This document shows positions 58,899 to 64,000 of a stretch of DNA of 64,000 nucleotides, in pieces. The position numbers and the translations under genes are program-made. The number at the start of each line of letters is the position of its first letter. Position 1 is the stretch's first letter. Where the stretch lies: positions 2,617,621-2,681,620 of the forward strand of contig OY969919.1 of assembly GCA_963704585.1 (NCBI GenBank), given 5' to 3'. A model generated the notes under the pieces. That model was given only the letters and a program-made list of their open reading frames with translations, was not told the DNA's origin and did not search any database. Source of the DNA: an uncultured Acidimicrobiaceae bacterium. Its GTDB lineage: Bacteria; Actinomycetota; Acidimicrobiia; Acidimicrobiales; RAAP-2.

Positions 58899-59480
58899 CT
58901 ACCCTCCGGACGCCTTCGGCACGCTCGTACCGGTCGGAGGAGGCCGAGAGATCTGACTCACGATCGTCGAAGCCAGCGTCTCGAGCTGACTGACCGGCGA
59001 GGTCCCGGTGACCATCACTTGGGTCGAGCCGACCAGCGCGACGACGGAGCTGAGGGTGAGCGAGCCGGCGGGAGCGCCGAAGCTGAACGACCCCGCGGTG
59101 AGACCGGTCACCGGCGTCGTCTGTCCGAACGTGCTCGAGACCTTCGAGCTGTAGCTCTGGAACGAGGCGGGCGTCACCCCCGAGTCGAACTGGGTCACGA
59201 TGGAGGACGGGAGCACCTTCGCCTTGTAGTTGCAGGTCGTCTGCGAGCCGTGGATGCCGACCTGTGCCGGAGCCACGGTCTCCCCGGTGGCGGCTTTGAT
59301 ATCGGCTGGGGTGATCAGCAAGCAGAGTGCCCCACGGGCCCTCAGCATCGCTCTGGTCGAAGCGCTCAGTGTGGTCGTGGTCGTGCTCGATGAACTCGAA
59401 CATGCGCTCGAGACGGCTACGACGAGCAAGGAGCCGGCGAGGAGGGGCGCGTGGCGCCAAGGCTTGGGCCTCCGGAGCAT
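58899..59480 (-). CDS. Lipoprotein (hypothetical)
   Basis: Signal plus lipobox LLVVAVSSAC, followed by a Ser/Thr-rich linker. Confidence 0.6.
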   Translation of the reverse strand: MLRRPKPWRHAPLLAGSLLVVAVSSACSSSSSTTTTTLSASTRAMLRARGALCLLITPADIKAATGETVAPAQVGIHGSQTTCNYKAKVLPSSIVTQFDSGVTPASFQSYSSKVSSTFGQTTPVTGLTAGSFSFGAPAGSLTLSSVVALVGSTQVMVTGTSPVSQLETLASTIVSQISRPPPTGTSVPKASGG

Positions 59481-59758
59481 GCGGAGACGTTACACGGGCT
59501 GACAGGCGGAGGACGGCGGGACGACCTCCGTATGAGTGCGGCGCGTGGAGTCCTTCGTCGACGCAGTCGCGGTGTACGGCGACGTCCCTGGGGACGATCG
59601 TCGCCGCGGCCGCGTTGACATCGAGGGCGCCGGTCTGATCAGAATGGTGCGCCGAACGGGGCCGACTGCTGCATCGTCCGGCGATCGCGGAGCACCTGAA
59701 CCGAGTCTGGCCGACCGACCGATCACCGAACCGACGAGGGACACCCAGGACATCCAGC

Positions 59759-60466
59759 ATGAGTGAACGACGACCGAATTCTCCCTGCCCTGCATGGCGT
59801 CGACTCCGCCGCGCCGCCGCGGGGGCCACCGCGGTTCTGGCGTTGTGCCTCGCGGCCTGTGGGGGCAGCGGCTCGGCATCCACCGGGTCGGTGACGACGG
59901 CCGCGCTGGTCAAGACGCCGCCACTCCCGCTCCAGGGCTGCACCTACATGATCAACGGGCAGGTCCCGCCCGGAGAGGCGCCCGGCGAGAGCCCGGCGTT
60001 TCCGCAGTCACAGCCGGATGCCGCGGCCGCCTCGGCGATCGCGAGCATCCGTGGACACGGCGGGTCCGCCATGGTCGGCAGCTTCCTGCTGCCTGCCGGC
60101 ACTGCGCTCTACAACGGTCCCGACACGAGCCAGCCGCCCGTGGGCACGGTCTCATCCACCCAGCAGTTCGTCGTGGTCGAACCGGTCGTCTGGGTCGATC
60201 ACTCGGGGAAGCGCTGGCTGGCCTCCTTCCTTGCTTGCGGCGGTCCGAATCTCTACTGGATCTCGGTCGACCAGGTGGATTCGAAGCAGCCGGGCGGCGC
60301 AGGGTCAGTGGGATCGCAGTTGACCGCGTTCCAGAAGGCGCCCCCGTACACGCAGACCGGAAAGGCCTCGTTCCTGCCGATCAAGGTCGACCACACCGAT
60401 CACTTCGTCTTCGACGACCCCCGGGTCACCTTCGCGATCGGCCGGGGCGAGCTCATCATCAGCTGA
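59759..60466 (+). CDS. Lipoprotein (hypothetical)
   Basis: Signal plus lipobox AVLALCLAACGGSG. No recognised domain, and it does not resemble PstS. Confidence 0.6.
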   Translation: MSERRPNSPCPAWRRLRRAAAGATAVLALCLAACGGSGSASTGSVTTAALVKTPPLPLQGCTYMINGQVPPGEAPGESPAFPQSQPDAAAASAIASIRGHGGSAMVGSFLLPAGTALYNGPDTSQPPVGTVSSTQQFVVVEPVVWVDHSGKRWLASFLACGGPNLYWISVDQVDSKQPGGAGSVGSQLTAFQKAPPYTQTGKASFLPIKVDHTDHFVFDDPRVTFAIGRGELIIS

Positions 60467-60524
60467 CCCCGGCCCCTGGCTCCTGGGCCCGGTTCGAGGC
60501 GTGAACCCCGGCGGATGCGCCTTC

Positions 60525-60579
60525 GATCACGAAATGATCACCCGGAGGTCGACCAAAGTTTGAACTGAGTTCACTTCTC
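60525..60579 (+). promoter_or_regulatory. Array of five contiguous 11-nt direct repeats resembling PhoP PHO boxes
   Basis: The units are GATCACGAAAT, GATCACCCGGA, GGTCGACCAAA, GTTTGAACTGA and GTTCACTTCTC. The recalled actinobacterial DRu consensus is G(G/T)TCAYYYR(G/C)G. The array lies 120 nt upstream of pstC. Confidence 0.5.
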
Positions 60580-60699
60580 CTGGCTAGCTTCGCCATCGGT
60601 CCTTGAATTCAGCGACAGGCCTCGAGCCGGTGCGGGGCTGACGGCCGAGCGACCATGCCGACGGCCGAGCGACGAAAGCAGCCAGAGAGGTCCAGGGAC

Positions 60700-61698
60700 A
60701 TGTCCATCCACGCTGATTCGACACGCGTCGGTGCAGGGACCGGGGTCCCCGGGCCGATCGCTGTCACGAAGGACTACAGCGTGCCGGACCGGATCTTCCG
60801 TCGCGGGGTCCAGGCCGCGGGCTTCGGCGTCCTGGTCCTGCTGGTCGCCATCGGGATCTTCCTCTTCCACGCGGGCTACCCGGCGTTCCATGTTGCCGGA
60901 ATCCACTTCTTCACGCAGTCGGGATTCCAGACACTCGGCGCGCATCCGTCGTTCGGCGTGTTGGCGTCGATCGTCGGCACTTTGGAGGTGGCCGGCGTGG
61001 CCATGTTGGTCGGGACCCCGGTGGCCGTCGCCACCGCGATCTTCCTCAGCGAGTACGCACCGCTGTGGAGCAGGCGCTCGCTGATCGCGATGATCGACCT
61101 GGCTGCGGCGATCCCGAGCATCATCTTCGGACTGTGGGCCGTCTTCGAGCTGCAGCCGAACGTCGTCGGCTTCAGCACATGGCTCTCGCGCCACGCATCG
61201 TTCATCCCGTTCTTCAGAGTCGTGAGCCCCCCACTCAATGCGTCCTTGTTCATTGCCGGACTCGTCGTCGGCATCATGATCGTTCCCATCGTCGCCTCCA
61301 TCTGCCGTGAGGTCTTCTCGCTTGCCCCGCCCGGGGAACGCGAAGCGGCACTCGCGCTCGGGGCCAGCCGGTGGCAGATGATCCGCTCCGTCGTGCTTCC
61401 CTTCGGACGTGGCGGCATGATCGGAGCCGTCATGCTCGGCCTCGGGCGCGCCCTCGAGGAGACGATCGCGGTGGCGATCATCCTCGGCCTCTCGTTCACC
61501 GCCACTCCCTACATCCTCCAGCACGGCGGCACGACCATCTCCCAGCTGATCGCGGTCAAGTTCGGATCGGGCGGCACCCTCGGCACGCAGGATCTCCTCT
61601 TCTGCGGCTTCATCCTCTTCGTCATCACCATGGTGATCAACCTGGCCGCTTCTGCCATCGTGAACCGGTCCCGGAGTGGGGCGGGGATCGACCTGTGA
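60700..61698 (+). CDS. pstC: Phosphate ABC transporter permease PstC
   Basis: [44 protein letters not shown]-type EAA loop. Six TM helices. ATG 60655 is an alternative start. Confidence 0.9.
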   Translation: [332 protein letters not shown]

Positions 61699-62996
61699 CG
61701 TCAGGGACCGGCAGTCAAACGGCACCTCCCGGGGTGCTGATGCCGCCGTCGACGTCAGCGACGGCCTCCTTGCCGCGACGAGAAGCGCCGTCCGATCCGA
61801 CTGGAGGAGAGCCGCCCGACGGACCGCGCCCCCCCTCCCGCGGCCGAGGCGGCTTGCCACGCCACTGCGTCCTCGGGACTTCGGAGTCCGCGACATCTGG
61901 CTGTTGGTGATCTCGGCGCTGTCCTCGTTCTGCCTGACGTGGATCATCTTCTTCCAAGCCACCACGTTGACCGGCGCGTTCGGCTTCCTCGTCTGCTGGT
62001 ACGCCGGGTTCCTCGCGCTCATCTGGCTGAGCACCGCGCAGGTCGTCGAACGATCGGTGGCCACCGACCGGGTGGTCGCGGTGCTGGTCGTGAGCGCGGC
62101 CCTGCTCGTCACCGGGTTGGTGGTGTTCATCGTCGCCTGGGTGGCCTACAAGGCCATCCCGAACATCCACTGGGGTTCGCTCTTCTCGCACGACCAGTCG
62201 CATCTCGACGCGACCGATCCGAACGCCCTCGCGCACGTCGGGGTGCTCCACGCCGTCATCGGCACACTCGAGCAGGTCTTGCTCGCCGCGTTGATGGGCG
62301 TGCCCTTCGCCATCGCGACCGCAATCTTCCTCAGCGAGGTGAGGGGCTGGGGGGTGCGGACCGTCCGCACGGTCGTGACCGCGATGAGCGGAACACCGTC
62401 GGTGGTCGCGGGGATCTTCGTGTACTCGATGCTGATCCTCACCGGTGTGCTCAGCTATTCGGGCTTCGCCGCGTCGCTTGCCCTGATCGTCATCTTGCTG
62501 CCGTCCGTGACGAGGGTCGTCGAGGAGGTCCTCCGTGTGGTCCCGAGCGGCCTCCGTGAGGCGTCGCAGGCCCTCGGTGCACCCGAGTGGCGTACGGTCT
62601 GGTCGGTCGTGCTGCCGACCGCCCGGTCCGGCGTGGTGACCGCTGTCCTGCTCGGCGTCGCCCGCATCGTCGGTGAGACGGCGCCGCTGCTCTTCACCGC
62701 CCTCGGATCCCAGGTGAAGAATTCGAACCCGTTCGCGCATGCGCAAGGGGCGTTGCCGCTTGCCATCTGGTCGGACGTGAAATTCCGCCCAAGCCGTCTA
62801 TCAGGCGCTCGCCTTCCAGGCGGCCTTCGTCCTCATCTCGATCGTGCTCGTGCTGTTCGTACTGGCCCGGCTCTTCTCGCGGCCCAAGGGCATACGATCG
62901 AAGAAGGTCCAACAGGAGGTCGACGACGACATGATGGCGCGCTACTTCCTTCCGCTCCCCATCGACCGTCCCAACGAGAGTGAGGTCGGCCCGTGA
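61695..62996 (+). pseudogene. pstA: Phosphate ABC transporter permease PstA with a C-terminal +1 frameshift and an ambiguous N-terminus
   Basis: The core (EASQALGAPEWRTVWSVVLPTARSGVVTAVLLGVARIVGETAPLLFTA) is in the ORF 61676 frame. The last TM (AQAVYQALAFQAAFVLISIVLVLFVLARLF…) is in the next frame and ends with a TGA at 62994-62996 that overlaps the pstB GTG. The only good start (GTG 61695, overlapping the pstC stop) is in that same other frame, upstream of a C7 run at 61829-61835. Confidence 0.75.
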
Positions 62997-63865
62997 CGAC
63001 CGATCTGAGCATGCCACCTTCCTCGGCCGACCTGCCGAAGAGCACGCCGTCCAGCCGGGGGCGACACTCGGCGACGGGTCAGCGCTTGGCCTTCCAGGCA
63101 GGGGAGATCGATGCGAGCGGGGTCTGCGCGTGGTTCTCCGGTCGGCTCGTCCTCGAGCTGGTCTCCTTGACGATGGAGCGGTCGAAGGTCACGGCCCTTA
63201 TCGGCCCTTCGGGCTGTGGCAAGTCCACCTTCCTCCGGATCCTCAATCGCATGCACGAGGTCGTCCCCGGCGCGCAGCTGGCGGGGTCGGTGAGCCTCGA
63301 CGGCGTCGACATCTACGGTCCCGGGCAACGGGCCATGGACACCAGACGACACATCGGGATGGTCTTCCAGAAGCCGAACCCGTTCCCGGCGATGAGCATC
63401 GCCGACAACGTGCTCTCGGGGCTCAAGTTCTCGCGGATCTCGCCGGCCAACCGCGACGAGCTGGTCGAGGAGATGCTGACCAAGGCGGGTCTGTGGAACG
63501 AGGTCAAGGACCGGCTGGGCGAGCTCGGCGGGGCGCTGTCCGGTGGCCAGCAGCAGCGGCTCTGCATCGCCCGGGCGCTGGCCGTGCGCCCCCGTGTGCT
63601 GCTCATGGACGAGCCGTGCTCGGCGCTCGACCCGACGTCCACACTGCGCATCGAACGCACGGTCCAGGAGATCGCCGACGAGGTGACCGTGGTGATCGTG
63701 ACCCACAACATGCAGCAGGCCCAGCGGGTATCCGACTACTGCGCCTTCTTCCTGGCGGAGGAGAACAAGCCTGGACGGGTCATCGAGTCGGGTTCGACCG
63801 CCACCATCTTCGAAAGTCCCACCGATCAAAGGACGTCTGACTATGTCAATGGCCAATTCGGCTGA
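62993..63865 (+). CDS. pstB: Phosphate ABC transporter ATP-binding protein PstB
   Basis: [42 protein letters not shown]. Confidence 0.93.
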   Translation: MTTDLSMPPSSADLPKSTPSSRGRHSATGQRLAFQAGEIDASGVCAWFSGRLVLELVSLTMERSKVTALIGPSGCGKSTFLRILNRMHEVVPGAQLAGSVSLDGVDIYGPGQRAMDTRRHIGMVFQKPNPFPAMSIADNVLSGLKFSRISPANRDELVEEMLTKAGLWNEVKDRLGELGGALSGGQQQRLCIARALAVRPRVLLMDEPCSALDPTSTLRIERTVQEIADEVTVVIVTHNMQQAQRVSDYCAFFLAEENKPGRVIESGSTATIFESPTDQRTSDYVNGQFG

Positions 63866-63886
63866 GTCAATGGCCAGTTCGGCTGA
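63845..63886 (+). repeat. 21-bp tandem duplication GTCAATGGCCAATTCGGCTGA / GTCAATGGCCAGTTCGGCTGA
   Basis: Two adjacent copies with one mismatch. Copy 1 holds the last six codons and the stop of pstB. Copy 2 holds the ATG of the next ORF. Confidence 0.85.
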
Positions 63887-64000
63887 TCGAGCACCGGGCC
63901 GCCCTCGCCGGCGGACGGTTCGGCTCGGTGTCGCGGCCGCTTGCCTGGCGCTGATCGCCACCGCAACACCGTGGTCTATCGCGGCGGCCGGGGCGAGCCC
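63870..64000 (+). CDS. 5' end of a secreted protein gene (partial, runs off the window)
   Basis: MASSADRAPGRPRRRTVRLGVAAACLALIATATPWSIAAAGAS is an Arg-rich n-region plus a hydrophobic core, as in a signal peptide. Identity unknown. Confidence 0.4.
   Translation, partial: MASSADRAPGRPRRRTVRLGVAAACLALIATATPWSIAAAGAS

Overview
High-GC (about 70% by eye) chromosomal segment, almost certainly Actinomycetota. The markers are three mycothiol-type MDMPI/DinB paralogs, an Rv1855c-like F420-type LLM oxidoreductase, MMPL, GT39, many TetR regulators and an actinobacterial-type serC. About 60 protein genes are supportable. I saw no rRNA, tRNA, CRISPR, integrase or transposase.

Core blocks:
- ilvD, a PNPOx-family gene, then ilvB-ilvN-ilvC preceded by a leader-peptide attenuator
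- serC / aminotransferase / serA
- pstC-pstA-pstB behind an array of 11-nt PHO-box-like repeats, with no pstS upstream
- cysK-cysE
- zwf

Accessory content:
- TetR-controlled DrrAB-like ABC exporter and MMPL pump
- GH4, P450, FMN-dependent alpha-hydroxy-acid dehydrogenase, haloalkane dehalogenase, AKR, Zn-ADH, VOC and LLM genes
- an orphan small ParA

Most interesting signals:
1. An NRAMP homolog carries the substitutions reported for Mg2+-selective NRMTs. Directly upstream on the same strand is a free-standing MgtE cytosolic sensor module (PRC-barrel-like + MgtE_N + 2xCBS, no pore).
2. A UDP-sulfoquinovose synthase (sqdB) sits divergent from a cysH-like reductase / GtrA pair, with no SQ glycosyltransferase nearby.
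3. Two secreted IPT/TIG proteins end in six copies of a 40-aa GYWLVASDGGVFxFGDAxFYGS repeat that I cannot assign to a named family. One of them appears to be the broken-off tail of a YVTN-propeller/PKD gene.
4. About ten genes are interrupted by single-base indels, mostly +1. High GC keeps wrong frames open, so the longest-ORF track hides several of these.

All family calls rest on motif recognition by eye. No searches were run.
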